A stretch of 64,000 nucleotides of DNA from positions 11,594-75,593 of the IMG/VR virus record IMGVR_UViG_3300030060_008394; one strand, given 5' to 3'. Shown here in pieces: positions 1-9,960 of this stretch; positions within the stretch are counted from its first letter, which is position 1; every line of letters begins with the position of its first letter. The notes beneath the pieces are model-generated. The model searched no databases, was not told the DNA's origin, and saw only the letters and a program-made list of their open reading frames with translations. Both the position numbers and the translations under genes were made by a program. This DNA comes from a virus.

Positions 1-312
1 GATAGAGAAAAATATTTAGATAAATTTAAAGAGTTCTTACTTAACAGTAAGTTAAGCCTTTGCCCGGAAGGCACGGGTCCTTCAACTATAAGATTATATG
101 AATCAATGGCGGTAGGTAGTGTACCAATTGTTTTTAATGATGTAAAAGTTCCTGATGGGTTTGAAAAACATATAATTAGGTTGAGCAGTGTGGAGGAAGT
201 AAATGACTTAACCCCTTCTTCTTATAACAAGCAGAGTAAATCTTTGCATATTGATTATTGGAAGAAAATATCTAACTATAACGTATACAAAATATTACTA
301 AATTATGTGTAG
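1..312 (+). CDS. Exostosin-like (GT47) glycosyltransferase, C-terminal part (5'-truncated by window)
   Basis: Frame is open from base 1: ...SKLSLCPEGTGPSTIRLYESMAVGSVPIV, matching the exostosin motif S.F.LCP.G....RL.EA...G.IPV. Confidence 0.7.
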   Translation, partial: DREKYLDKFKEFLLNSKLSLCPEGTGPSTIRLYESMAVGSVPIVFNDVKVPDGFEKHIIRLSSVEEVNDLTPSSYNKQSKSLHIDYWKKISNYNVYKILLNYV

Positions 313-1618
313 TATACTATTAACAAATAAAAAAGCGCCGAATGTAGAAAGAGCTAATTTCTATTTACAGCGCCGTGGTCCGGATAAAACTACAGTCACG
401 AAAATAGATAACTGGACGTTGGTTCATAATCTCCTATCAATTACTGGTGATTTTACACCACAACCGCTTTCAAAAGATAACGTACATTTAATCTATAATG
501 GTGAAATTTATAATATTCAAAACGAAACTAAAGAATATAAGAGTGATGGTTATTATATTTTAGATGCATACGAAAAATATGGTGATAATTTTTTTAAATA
601 CCTTGATGGTGAATTTGCTATAGCTTTACTAGATTTTGATAACAATAAATTAATATTTGGTGGAGATTTATTTTTAACAAAGCCTCTTTTTATAGGTAAA
701 GACGGGAATGACATATGTGTATCATCATACAAATCTGCCGTAACATTACTCGGATTTGATAAAATTTTAAGAGCAGAGCCTAATTCTTTCTATATTGTTG
801 ATCTGCGTACGTTAAAAGCAGAAAAGAGACAGACGTATGAATGGGATCTCAAACAACATATTGACACATATGATGTATGGGTAGAAAGCTTTTATACAGC
901 TCTTAAAAAAAGAGTGACAGGTATTAAGGATGATTTTTTAGTCCCAGTAAGCAGTGGTCATGATAGTGGTGGAATAATTTGTGGTTTAAAAGAACTTAAT
1001 ATAACTGATTTTATGACCTATTCTTTTACTGCTAATGAAGCCCCGGGTATAATTGAACAGAGAGTTAAACATATAGATAATAAGATTCTTAAAGACGGAA
1101 TCACGGTGCAGGAAAATATTAATATTAATAACTTTAAACAAGAATTTGTCGAGCCGTTCTTTTATGGACCAACACCCTATAGCAAAACACATGAAGGTTT
1201 TGAAGATAAAGGGGGTACAGGACTTTTACATTTACTTAAAGAGTGTAGAGAAAAACATGGCGTTAAAGTGCAATTATCTGGTCAGGGAGCAGATGAAGTT
1301 ATGAGTAATATTCAAACTTACGGGTTCAATTCACCTAATCCATATATATGGCCGGATGATTTGTCTAACGTCTTTCCGTGGGGAAATTTTTATTACGGAG
1401 CTAATTGGAGTTATTTAAATAAAGAAGAGTGTATAGCAGGTAGCGTTGGTATAGAGACTAGATATCCTTTCTTAGATAGAGAAGTTGTTCAAAATTATAT
1501 TAATTTAACGCCGCAATTAAAAAATGAAAATTATAAAGCGCCTTTACACTTTATGCTTTCGAAATGTAACTTTCCATTTGTAGGCGCAAAAAGAGGATTT
1601 GATTTAAAGATATCATGA
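305..1618 (+). CDS. Asparagine synthetase B-like glutamine amidotransferase
   Basis: N-terminal MC (Ntn nucleophile), RGPD, YNGEIYN, LDGEFA, SSGHDS, LSGQGADE, ETRYPFLD. Confidence 0.85.
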   Translation: MCSILLTNKKAPNVERANFYLQRRGPDKTTVTKIDNWTLVHNLLSITGDFTPQPLSKDNVHLIYNGEIYNIQNETKEYKSDGYYILDAYEKYGDNFFKYLDGEFAIALLDFDNNKLIFGGDLFLTKPLFIGKDGNDICVSSYKSAVTLLGFDKILRAEPNSFYIVDLRTLKAEKRQTYEWDLKQHIDTYDVWVESFYTALKKRVTGIKDDFLVPVSSGHDSGGIICGLKELNITDFMTYSFTANEAPGIIEQRVKHIDNKILKDGITVQENININNFKQEFVEPFFYGPTPYSKTHEGFEDKGGTGLLHLLKECREKHGVKVQLSGQGADEVMSNIQTYGFNSPNPYIWPDDLSNVFPWGNFYYGANWSYLNKEECIAGSVGIETRYPFLDREVVQNYINLTPQLKNENYKAPLHFMLSKCNFPFVGAKRGFDLKIS

Positions 1619-2382
1619 GAGTTATAGTTGAATATGACCCATATAATCGTCTAGGTAACAGAATGTTTCAATATGCTTTTGGTATTTTATTAGCAAAAAA
1701 ATATAATTGTAAATTATTTTGTAATGAAGGCTTACCTAACTTTGGTATTGAGTCAGTCCCAACAGTAATATCTAACCCAGTTATACGAGCTAGATCTTTA
1801 GGTGATCAATATTTTGATTACAAAGTTTTAGAAGATTTTGATGGTGACGTTATTATTGATTCGTGGGTTCAGAGAGCTGAATATTATATACCGCATCGAG
1901 ATTTTTTAAGAAAGATTTTTGGTATAAGAGATCTAGATCCAATTAATCAAGATAGTTTAGTACTACATGTAAGGGGTACAGATTATGATACTGTTGGTTA
2001 TTTTCTCGGGTATGATTTTTATAAGAACTTAATAAAAGATTCTCAGTTTACAAACATTAAAATTGTAACTGACGATCCAAATTGTGATACAGTTAAAAGG
2101 CTTATAAATGATGGATGCACTTTAGAAACATTTGGCGAGTCTACATTTAATATTAATGGTGATAGAAGTGCTATGAATGATATGAAGACACTTTTATATA
2201 GCGAAAATATAGCTATATCTCAATCATCTTTTTCATGGTGGCCGGCGTTTTTAGGTTATCATCAAAATATTATATTTCCATATAGTACAACAAAAAAGCA
2301 AATGTGGCCACTTAACCCACAGCAAGATGATATAGACTTGTTTTTTGACTTTAATAATATTAGTCATAAGTATGTATTATGA
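1615..2382 (+). CDS. GT11 (alpha-1,2-fucosyltransferase-like) glycosyltransferase
   Basis: RLGNRMFQYA, LHVRGTDY, SSFSWW motifs; ATGA overlap with upstream gene. Confidence 0.8.
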   Translation: MRVIVEYDPYNRLGNRMFQYAFGILLAKKYNCKLFCNEGLPNFGIESVPTVISNPVIRARSLGDQYFDYKVLEDFDGDVIIDSWVQRAEYYIPHRDFLRKIFGIRDLDPINQDSLVLHVRGTDYDTVGYFLGYDFYKNLIKDSQFTNIKIVTDDPNCDTVKRLINDGCTLETFGESTFNINGDRSAMNDMKTLLYSENIAISQSSFSWWPAFLGYHQNIIFPYSTTKKQMWPLNPQQDDIDLFFDFNNISHKYVL

Positions 2383-3296
2383 ATGTTGTATTGTTTCATA
2401 GAGGTAATTATATTTCACACCGACCAGATTTATCTGGTCTCCCTGGTCATATAAAATATTGTATTAAGCAAATACAGCATACAAATCCAGAAACAAAAAT
2501 ATATTTTTTAACTAATTTAAATATCGAGCAACCTCCAGACAATAATATTGTAATTGTAGATATACGAGAACTTGAAGTGCCAGATATAACAAATTATTTT
2601 GCACATGATATTCCTGAACACGTACAACTATGGCACACGTCAGTTTTACGTATGTTTTATTTAGAAAAATTTCTTGAAAAATATAATATTAGAGACATTA
2701 TACATTTTGATAACGATATAGTATTATATTCTAATCTTAAAAAATTTGAAAATATATTTAAAGAGTTTAATTTTTTAATTACACCGCATTTTGAAACAGA
2801 ATATGTTTTTGGATTTAGTTACATAAAAAATAATAAAGCTTTAATAGATGTAAACAAAAATCTTCTAGAGTTAGTAAGGTTACCGTTTAGTGAGTTACAG
2901 CAAAGAGTTAATCATGAATGTCCTCATGAAATGAGAATGCTTAACTATATTAATACAAGTAATAACATGAATTTAATAGATCATCTACCAGTTGTTCCAA
3001 CTAAAGATGGAAGCGATAATATTAAATTATTTAACACTATTTTTGATCCCTCTACATATGGCAAACATGTTGGAGGATCTCATGAATTAATACCAAAAAA
3101 TAAACATTATGTACCTACTGATAACTGGAACGGTACTGAAATTCATCACTACGCTGGTAAGCAATTATTTGATAAGAGTATTGAAATCGATTTTGTAGAC
3201 AAAATACCATATTTAAGATGTAATAATGGAAAAAAGTATGATATTGTAAATTTACATATACATACAAAGGAACTAGATAAATTTATAACTTATTAG
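2379..3296 (+). CDS. Putative GT-A fold glycosyltransferase
   Basis: IIHFDNDIVLY DxD-type motif; sits inside a GT cluster. Confidence 0.5.
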   Translation: MNVVLFHRGNYISHRPDLSGLPGHIKYCIKQIQHTNPETKIYFLTNLNIEQPPDNNIVIVDIRELEVPDITNYFAHDIPEHVQLWHTSVLRMFYLEKFLEKYNIRDIIHFDNDIVLYSNLKKFENIFKEFNFLITPHFETEYVFGFSYIKNNKALIDVNKNLLELVRLPFSELQQRVNHECPHEMRMLNYINTSNNMNLIDHLPVVPTKDGSDNIKLFNTIFDPSTYGKHVGGSHELIPKNKHYVPTDNWNGTEIHHYAGKQLFDKSIEIDFVDKIPYLRCNNGKKYDIVNLHIHTKELDKFITY

Positions 3297-3297
3297 T

Positions 3298-4128
3298 ATG
3301 TATATATCTGGAGAGAAATTACAAGAGTTAGCTGATTTGACTATAATATTTTCAGATCAGAGACATGAAGGTTTATGGAAAGAACAAATACATAATATTG
3401 ATTGTAAATATATTATATGTAACCCGGGTGATAGTTTACCAGAAGATATTTTTACTGCAGATTCTATTTTTATATATACACACGCATTACCATTATTTTT
3501 TGAAAGGATATTCCCATCATTAACAAAACCAGTAACACTATTATCACATAATTCTGATCACGGGGTAGATAATAACTATTTAAACTTTTTGGAAAGTGAT
3601 AAGATTAATAAATGGTTTTGTCAGAATAGATTAACTAATCACCCAAAATTATTTTCTCTACCAATCGGTATTGCAAATAGTCAATGGGAACATGGCAATC
3701 AAAAACTCTTTAAAAGTATTATTGATAAAAACTTACCAAAAGAATTTCTTGTATATAAAAATTTTGATATTGGTACAAATTCGTATGAACGTAATTTATG
3801 CCATGCTATTACTCAGCGTAATAGAATACCTATGAGTTCAAAGACAACTATTCCAGAGTATTGGGATATGTTAGCAAAAAGTGCCTACGTAATTTCACCT
3901 CCTGGGGGAGGTATAGACTGTCATCGTATATGGGAAGCTCTCTATTTTAATACTATACCTATTGTACAAAATCATGCAAGCTTTTCACAGTTTAAACATC
4001 TACCTATATTGTTTATAGATAATTGGGAAGATATAACAATAAAGTATTTACGTAATGAGTTACATACACGAGATACTAACTGGGATATAGATGAACTTAA
4101 ATTAGACTTTTGGAAAAATAAAATATGA
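3298..4128 (+). CDS. Exostosin/GT47-like glycosyltransferase
   Basis: YVISPPGGGIDCHRIWEALYFNTIPIV motif. Confidence 0.65.
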   Translation: MYISGEKLQELADLTIIFSDQRHEGLWKEQIHNIDCKYIICNPGDSLPEDIFTADSIFIYTHALPLFFERIFPSLTKPVTLLSHNSDHGVDNNYLNFLESDKINKWFCQNRLTNHPKLFSLPIGIANSQWEHGNQKLFKSIIDKNLPKEFLVYKNFDIGTNSYERNLCHAITQRNRIPMSSKTTIPEYWDMLAKSAYVISPPGGGIDCHRIWEALYFNTIPIVQNHASFSQFKHLPILFIDNWEDITIKYLRNELHTRDTNWDIDELKLDFWKNKI

Positions 4129-4934
4129 TAACCATTAATTATATTGGTGAATTTGGAAACAAAATGTTTCAGTATGCTTTTGCAAGATTATTAGCAGAAG
4201 CTAATAACATGAATTTAGAAACAACACTACCTAAGCTCCCCTGTACGGATATAAAAAGGTATAACGAACCTGTAAATAAGAAAGGAACTGTTGTTATAAG
4301 TGATGAAGTTTATAGAGCAAATAACCCTGATAGCAAATTATTACAGTTAAATCCAAACTATGACTATGTAATAAGTGGTTATTTCCAAGATGCTGATTTA
4401 TTCAATAAACATACTAAACAGGTTAAAGGATTTTACAATATTAAATACCCTGAGATATTACTAGATAAGACTCTCGTTACAGTAAGATTAGGAGACTTTG
4501 TTTGGGATGGTCATAATTCTGAAATTATACATTATGATTATTATAATCAAGCTCTTTCGAACATAAAGGGTGAGGTTGATATCTCCGTAGGTGGTAATAG
4601 ATTTGAAACCTCTAAGCTAGCAACAGAAGAGCAAGAAAAAAAATATCTTTCTTATTTTGTTAAGGACTCTCATAATAGAATACCACCTAAAGCAGATTTT
4701 TTAGAAGAGTTTACTTCTAATTTTAACTACAAAACAATGGTGCTTTCAAATAGTACTTGGGCTTGGTGGTCAGGATTCTTAAGCAATAGTTCTGACATAT
4801 ATACTTTTGCTAAAACAGGGTGGTTTACACCCACAAACCACAAATGTCATGGAATTCATATTAAAAATCTCCATAATATACGCAATATATCAAAGCCAAT
4901 AGATGGTGATTTTATAGACATTACTAAGTTATAA
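4125..4934 (+). CDS. GT11-like glycosyltransferase
   Basis: GEFGNKMFQYA, SGYFQ, VTVRLGD, STWAWW. Confidence 0.75.
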   Translation: MITINYIGEFGNKMFQYAFARLLAEANNMNLETTLPKLPCTDIKRYNEPVNKKGTVVISDEVYRANNPDSKLLQLNPNYDYVISGYFQDADLFNKHTKQVKGFYNIKYPEILLDKTLVTVRLGDFVWDGHNSEIIHYDYYNQALSNIKGEVDISVGGNRFETSKLATEEQEKKYLSYFVKDSHNRIPPKADFLEEFTSNFNYKTMVLSNSTWAWWSGFLSNSSDIYTFAKTGWFTPTNHKCHGIHIKNLHNIRNISKPIDGDFIDITKL

Positions 4935-4935
4935 G

Positions 4936-4963
4936 TTGAATAATAGACTTACTATAATATAAT
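4936..4963 (+). promoter_or_regulatory. Sigma70-like (early/middle) promoter TTGAAT-N16-TATAAT
   Basis: TTGAAT 4936-4941, TATAAT 4958-4963, 9 nt before ATG 4973. Confidence 0.65.
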
Positions 4964-4972
4964 CTGTATAAG

Positions 4973-5554
4973 ATGATTATTAAAGAAGGTGTATACGATG
5001 GTAAATTAATTCACGAAAGATTTGCTTATAAGTACTTTAGAAAACAAGTATTACCGTACGGTAATATTGTTGCGTTTAGAGCTCCAATGTATGTAAAAGA
5101 GGAACTTATTGACTTAGAAGACTCATTAAGTAATGATTTTATTCATAGTCAGGATGCTATAAATTTTTGCTGGGAAATTCCTAACTTGTGTCCGTTTGGT
5201 GCGGTTTCATTTCAAAGACTGTTTAATACTGCAATTGCTAATATTTTATCTAATATTATTCAAAAGCCCATTGTGGTAGATGGTGATGATTTGTTAGTTC
5301 AAGATGAGTTTGTAGGTGTTGATAAACAAGTTCGACAGTCTGGTAAAGTAAGTGTTTCGATTACTTACTCGAAAGATAGTGTAGCTGTAGGTCATACCGG
5401 TATCAATATTGTAGCTGGTGATAAAGCTCCTGCGTTTGCTTACTCTTCTAATCTATCTGAGAAAAATGTTGAAGAGTTTATGACTGCTGTAATCGATTAC
5501 TTTAATAATGAAGTTGCTGATCAGTTTGTTGCTACTACAAAAGTAATTGTATGA
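4973..5554 (+). CDS. DUF366-like protein (biotin/lipoate ligase-like fold)
   Basis: GNIVAFRAPM..DLED...QRLF...VDGDDL...KVSVSI...HTGINI pattern recalled for DUF366. Confidence 0.6.
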   Translation: MIIKEGVYDGKLIHERFAYKYFRKQVLPYGNIVAFRAPMYVKEELIDLEDSLSNDFIHSQDAINFCWEIPNLCPFGAVSFQRLFNTAIANILSNIIQKPIVVDGDDLLVQDEFVGVDKQVRQSGKVSVSITYSKDSVAVGHTGINIVAGDKAPAFAYSSNLSEKNVEEFMTAVIDYFNNEVADQFVATTKVIV

Positions 5555-5913
5555 ATTTTTTTCAACTGCAAAATAAATTATTTTATTCTAAGAAAGATAA
5601 AGCGCAAGATTTAGACGCAGAAGGTGAACAAGCATTTGTGCCTTTTTTGTTTAATCGTTGGCTCTCTTTCTATAATAACGATATGTCGGTCTTTACGAAT
5701 GAGACATTGAATAAATTCAGTACTATATTTGAAAATAAACAAGACGCTTATAAATTATATTACTATTTGATTCCACGACTTAAGTTTAAGAGAATAACCT
5801 ACATTAAAAAGGTAAAAAAGGATAAAGAAGAGGAAGAAAATTTAAATTTACTTGCTAAAAATAAAAATATTTCAGTACGTGAATTGAAAAGTTATATAAA
5901 AAATTATGAGTAA
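5551..5913 (+). CDS. gp62: T4 gp62-like clamp loader small subunit
   Basis: FVPFLFNRWLS...Q.AY..YYY.IP..K pattern; 120 aa; T4-like genome context. Confidence 0.55.
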   Translation: MNFFQLQNKLFYSKKDKAQDLDAEGEQAFVPFLFNRWLSFYNNDMSVFTNETLNKFSTIFENKQDAYKLYYYLIPRLKFKRITYIKKVKKDKEEEENLNLLAKNKNISVRELKSYIKNYE

Positions 5914-6913
5914 AACTGCATTAGTATTAGGTGGCGGCGGCTTCATTGGAGGCCATTTAGCAAAAAGATTAAAATCAGAAGGTTTCTGGGTTCGTATCGC
6001 AGATATTAAAGAAAAACACGAATATTGGGATCATAACGATATTTGTGATGAATATGTATCTGGTGATCTGACAGATCCCAATGTGGTAGATAAAGTATTA
6101 ACGTTAGAAGGTGGTTTTGATGAAGTGTATCAATTAGCAGCTGATATGGGAGGTGCTGGTTATATTTTTACCGGTGATAATGATGCAAATGTAATGCATA
6201 ATTCTGCTTTAGTTAATTTAAACGTAGTCCACTATGCAACAAAACATGGAGCTAAGAGGGTATTTTATTCTTCTTCAGCTTGTATGTACCCAGAGCATAA
6301 TCAATTAGATCCTGATAACCCTAATTGCGAAGAGTCTTCAGCCTACCCTGCAAACCCTGATAGTGAATATGGATGGGAAAAGCTTTTTGGTGAGAGATTA
6401 TTTTTAGCTTTTAGTCGAAATTATGGTCTTAATGTTAGAGTAGCAAGATACCACAATATTTTTGGACCGCAGGGTACGTATGACGGAGGTAAGGAAAAGG
6501 CGCCAGCAGCTATGTGTCGAAAAGCTATAGAAGGAGCAACTGAAATAGAAGTATGGGGTGATGGATCACAAACAAGATCCTTTTTATACGTTGAAGAGTG
6601 TGTTGAGGCTACATTAAGACTAATGAGACAAGATAAATTTATTGGACCTGTAAATATTGGATCAGAAGAGATGGTAACTATTAACGAGTTAGCTCAAATC
6701 GCGATTAATCTCTCAGAAAAAGATATTAAAATTAAAAATATTGACGGTCAAGAATTTATTGATAAGTATGGATTTAAATGCCCTTTAGGTGTAAGGGGTA
6801 GAAATTCTGATAATAAGCTTTACAGAGAAAAAATAGGTTGGGAATCAACAGCGACTTTAGAAGAAGGAATGGCGAAAACGTATAAGTGGATTAACGAGCA
6901 AGTAAATGGATAA
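5906..6913 (+). CDS. GDP-mannose 3,5-epimerase-like extended SDR
   Basis: GGGGFIG, QLAADMGGAGYI, YSSSACMYPE, YGWEK, GVRGRNSDN. Confidence 0.85.
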   Translation: MSKTALVLGGGGFIGGHLAKRLKSEGFWVRIADIKEKHEYWDHNDICDEYVSGDLTDPNVVDKVLTLEGGFDEVYQLAADMGGAGYIFTGDNDANVMHNSALVNLNVVHYATKHGAKRVFYSSSACMYPEHNQLDPDNPNCEESSAYPANPDSEYGWEKLFGERLFLAFSRNYGLNVRVARYHNIFGPQGTYDGGKEKAPAAMCRKAIEGATEIEVWGDGSQTRSFLYVEECVEATLRLMRQDKFIGPVNIGSEEMVTINELAQIAINLSEKDIKIKNIDGQEFIDKYGFKCPLGVRGRNSDNKLYREKIGWESTATLEEGMAKTYKWINEQVNG

Positions 6914-8177
6914 GATTAAACAAGAAATATTTAAAAAGGTAGAAGAATACTTTAAGTCAAAAAAAAGCGAGACGGGTCAAAAAATTGGTGTCGCGTACCC
7001 GTGTTTTGATCACAAAGAAGTTAATCAAGCTTTAGATTCTCTCCTGGATGTATGGATATCACAAGGTCCTAAAGTTAAACAATTTGAAAGAGAGTACGCT
7101 GAATATATAGGAACAAAATATGGTTTGGGTTGTAACTCTGGCTCTTCTGCTAATTTACTAGCTTTAACAGCACTACTACAAGCAGGGGTATTAACTCCAG
7201 GTGATGAAGTAATACTACCAGCAGCTACATTTACAACTGTAATGTCACCCATTTTACAGACAGGGCTTGTGCCTGTTTTTGTAGATGTAGAAATGGAAAC
7301 TTATAATAATGATCCAGCAGCAATAGAAAAAGCAATTACAGATAAAACTAAACTCATTATGGTAGTTCATTCACTTGGATGTCCTAGTAACATGGAAGAG
7401 ATAATGAGAATTTCTGAACAATATAATATTCCTGTTCTAGAAGACTGTTGTGAGGCTCATGGGGCTGCAATAAACGGTAAAAAAGTAGGCAGTTTCGGTC
7501 TTATATCTACCTTTAGTTTCTTTGTTGCACATAATATGACCACTGGTGAAGGTGGTATGATTATGACTAATGATAATAATTTATATGATATACTATGCTC
7601 TGTCCGTGAGTTTGGTAGATTAACTAAGTATGAAGAAAATCAGCCTAGATTTTATTATGAGGATAAACATCTAAAAGAATATGACGAGAGGTACGTATTT
7701 ACAAATATTGGTTACAACTTAAGAATGACCGATATTGCTGCATCATTAGGTATTGAACAACTAAAAAAGCTTGATGCGTTTAATGATAAACGAGTAAAAA
7801 TCGCGCAATCATACACTAATAAACTTTCTACCTATAATAAGTGGTTAATTTTACCTTCTGCACCCAACGGTTATTTTAATTCATTTTATGGTTATCCTAT
7901 CGTAATTAAAGAAGGTGCTCCTTTTTCTAGAAAAGAACTAGTAAATCATTTAGAGAAGGATAATATTGAAACTAGAGCTTTTATGGCTGGGGATTTATCT
8001 AGACAACCTGCATATGTAGACACTAATTGGAAAATGCCATTTGATATGCCTAATACAAAAACTCTACTTAATAATGCATTTTTTATCGGGTGCCATCCTT
8101 TTGTCACCTCAAATCAAGAAGAAAAAATTATAAATTCATTTAATGAATTTATGTTAAACGTAGAAGGAAATATTTAA
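6906..8177 (+). CDS. DegT/DnrJ-family PLP/PMP enzyme, NDP-4-keto-6-deoxysugar 3-dehydratase type (ColD/RfbH-like)
   Basis: NSGSSANLL, EDCCEAHG, and SFFVAHNMTTGEGG with His where aminotransferases have the Schiff-base Lys. Confidence 0.75.
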   Translation: MDKIKQEIFKKVEEYFKSKKSETGQKIGVAYPCFDHKEVNQALDSLLDVWISQGPKVKQFEREYAEYIGTKYGLGCNSGSSANLLALTALLQAGVLTPGDEVILPAATFTTVMSPILQTGLVPVFVDVEMETYNNDPAAIEKAITDKTKLIMVVHSLGCPSNMEEIMRISEQYNIPVLEDCCEAHGAAINGKKVGSFGLISTFSFFVAHNMTTGEGGMIMTNDNNLYDILCSVREFGRLTKYEENQPRFYYEDKHLKEYDERYVFTNIGYNLRMTDIAASLGIEQLKKLDAFNDKRVKIAQSYTNKLSTYNKWLILPSAPNGYFNSFYGYPIVIKEGAPFSRKELVNHLEKDNIETRAFMAGDLSRQPAYVDTNWKMPFDMPNTKTLLNNAFFIGCHPFVTSNQEEKIINSFNEFMLNVEGNI

Positions 8178-8981
8178 ATGAGTTATAGTGTCGGTGTTAT
8201 TGGTATAGGTATTGTAGGTGAAGCTGTTAAATACGGAATGGAAAAACTTGGTCATCAAGTTATACCTCATGATATTCGTTATGATACAAAAATAGAAGAT
8301 GTTTTAGGTACAGACGTTTGTTTTATATGTGTACCAACGCCATCAAAAAATAATCTTCAATGTGATACTTCTATTGTTGAAGATGTTGTAGGTGAGTTAT
8401 GTAAACTAAATTATAGTGGAGTAATTGCTATTAAATCAACTGTACCGCCTACTACCACAGAAAAATTACAAACAAAATATAACAATGATGCTATTTGTTT
8501 TGTACCAGAATTTTTACGAGAGCGTTGCGCAATTGCTGATTTTACCGAAAATCACGATGTGTGTATAATTGGTTCTAGTGATAAAAATATTTGTTCATTG
8601 ATAGAATATCTACATGGTAAATATCCAAGACAGTTTAAGCACCTAACACCGACGGAAGCTGAATTTGTAAAGTACTTTAATAATATTTACAATGCTAATT
8701 TAATTATTTTAGCGAATAATTTTTATGAAGTATGTAAAGCTCTAGACATAAATTATAGTGCTGTAAAAGATACTATAGTATGCCGCGATCATATTAATGA
8801 CGTCTATCTTGATTGTAATGAAAACTTTAGAGGATATGCTGGTGCATGTCTACCAAAAGATGTGAGGGCGTTTGTACATCTTGTAGAGGAGCTAAATATA
8901 GAAGCTGGCATTTTCAAATTTTTAGATGAAGAGAATAAAAAATATAAACCAACCGTCTTCCCGGGAATGCGCGATGACTAA
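8178..8981 (+). CDS. UDP-glucose/GDP-mannose dehydrogenase family protein (short form)
   Basis: GIGIVG, FICVPTP, KSTVPP, PEFLRE, EFVKYFNN, GYAGACLPKD. Confidence 0.8.
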   Translation: MSYSVGVIGIGIVGEAVKYGMEKLGHQVIPHDIRYDTKIEDVLGTDVCFICVPTPSKNNLQCDTSIVEDVVGELCKLNYSGVIAIKSTVPPTTTEKLQTKYNNDAICFVPEFLRERCAIADFTENHDVCIIGSSDKNICSLIEYLHGKYPRQFKHLTPTEAEFVKYFNNIYNANLIILANNFYEVCKALDINYSAVKDTIVCRDHINDVYLDCNENFRGYAGACLPKDVRAFVHLVEELNIEAGIFKFLDEENKKYKPTVFPGMRDD

Positions 8982-9960
8982 AATATTAATAACAGGTGGA
9001 GCAGGATTTGTAGGTTATCATTTAGCCTTGAAAGAGGCTAATCTCGGAAACGAAGTAACAGTTATTGATAGCTTTGAAAGACCAAATGAAGACCCCGAGT
9101 TTAATGCATTAGTAGAGCATGAAAACGTCAAATTTTTACAAAAAGATATATCAGATGAAAACACCTTTGAAGTATATCTACCGGTAGACCATTATGATGT
9201 TGTCTACCATTTAGCAGCTTTAAATGGAACATCTAACTTTTATAATTACCCAGCTAAAGTATTAAAGATAGGATGTCTCTCAACAATTTATTTGTTAGAT
9301 TGGATATCTAAACATAAAAAAGGAAAGAGACCAAAAGTAATTTATACTAGTAGTTCAGAAACGTATGCAGGCACCGCTAATATACAAGGAGATAATTTTC
9401 CTATACCTACGCCAGAAGACGTACCATTAACTATTGACGATGTACGTAATGTGAGATGGAGCTATGGCGCTAGTAAACTTATAGGTGAGGTTGCTTTCTT
9501 TTGTTACTCAAAAATGTATGATATTACCGATTTTAATATTATTAGATTGCATAATATTTACGGGCCGAGAATGGGGTTTGAGCATGTTATAAGTCAATTC
9601 ATTAAAAGATTTTTAGACGGTGAAAGACCTTTTAAAATTATGGGAAGTGATCAAACTAGATCTTTTTGTTTTATTGATGATGTATTAGAAGCCTTTGAGA
9701 AGATTACACAATCAAATATGCAGGGCGAAATCATACATGTTGGTAATGATAAAGAAGAAATATTAATTGCTGATTTAGCAAAAATTGTATTTGATATTGG
9801 TCAAGAGGCATATAATTTTGACGAGCAACCCGCACCAGATGGTAGTGTAGGTCGTCGTTGTCCAAATATTGATAAGCTTAAATCTTTAGGTATAAGAGAT
9901 CAAATTGATCTTCGAGAAGGTATTGAAAAAACATTTAAATGGTATAAAGATAAATTATGA
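8974..9960 (+). CDS. NAD-dependent nucleotide-sugar epimerase/dehydratase (UDP-glucuronate decarboxylase-like)
   Basis: ITGGAGFVG, TSSSETY, SYGASK, HNIYGPR; start moved to ATG 8974 (MTKILIT), which overlaps the upstream stop. Confidence 0.8.
   Translation: MTKILITGGAGFVGYHLALKEANLGNEVTVIDSFERPNEDPEFNALVEHENVKFLQKDISDENTFEVYLPVDHYDVVYHLAALNGTSNFYNYPAKVLKIGCLSTIYLLDWISKHKKGKRPKVIYTSSSETYAGTANIQGDNFPIPTPEDVPLTIDDVRNVRWSYGASKLIGEVAFFCYSKMYDITDFNIIRLHNIYGPRMGFEHVISQFIKRFLDGERPFKIMGSDQTRSFCFIDDVLEAFEKITQSNMQGEIIHVGNDKEEILIADLAKIVFDIGQEAYNFDEQPAPDGSVGRRCPNIDKLKSLGIRDQIDLREGIEKTFKWYKDKL

Noticed and set aside
305-1618. Possible Gat-QueC fusion (archaeosine pathway), given queF in the window
   Set aside because: The C-terminal half has AsnB signatures (SGQGADE, ETRYPFLD) and lacks the QueC Zn-binding Cys cluster
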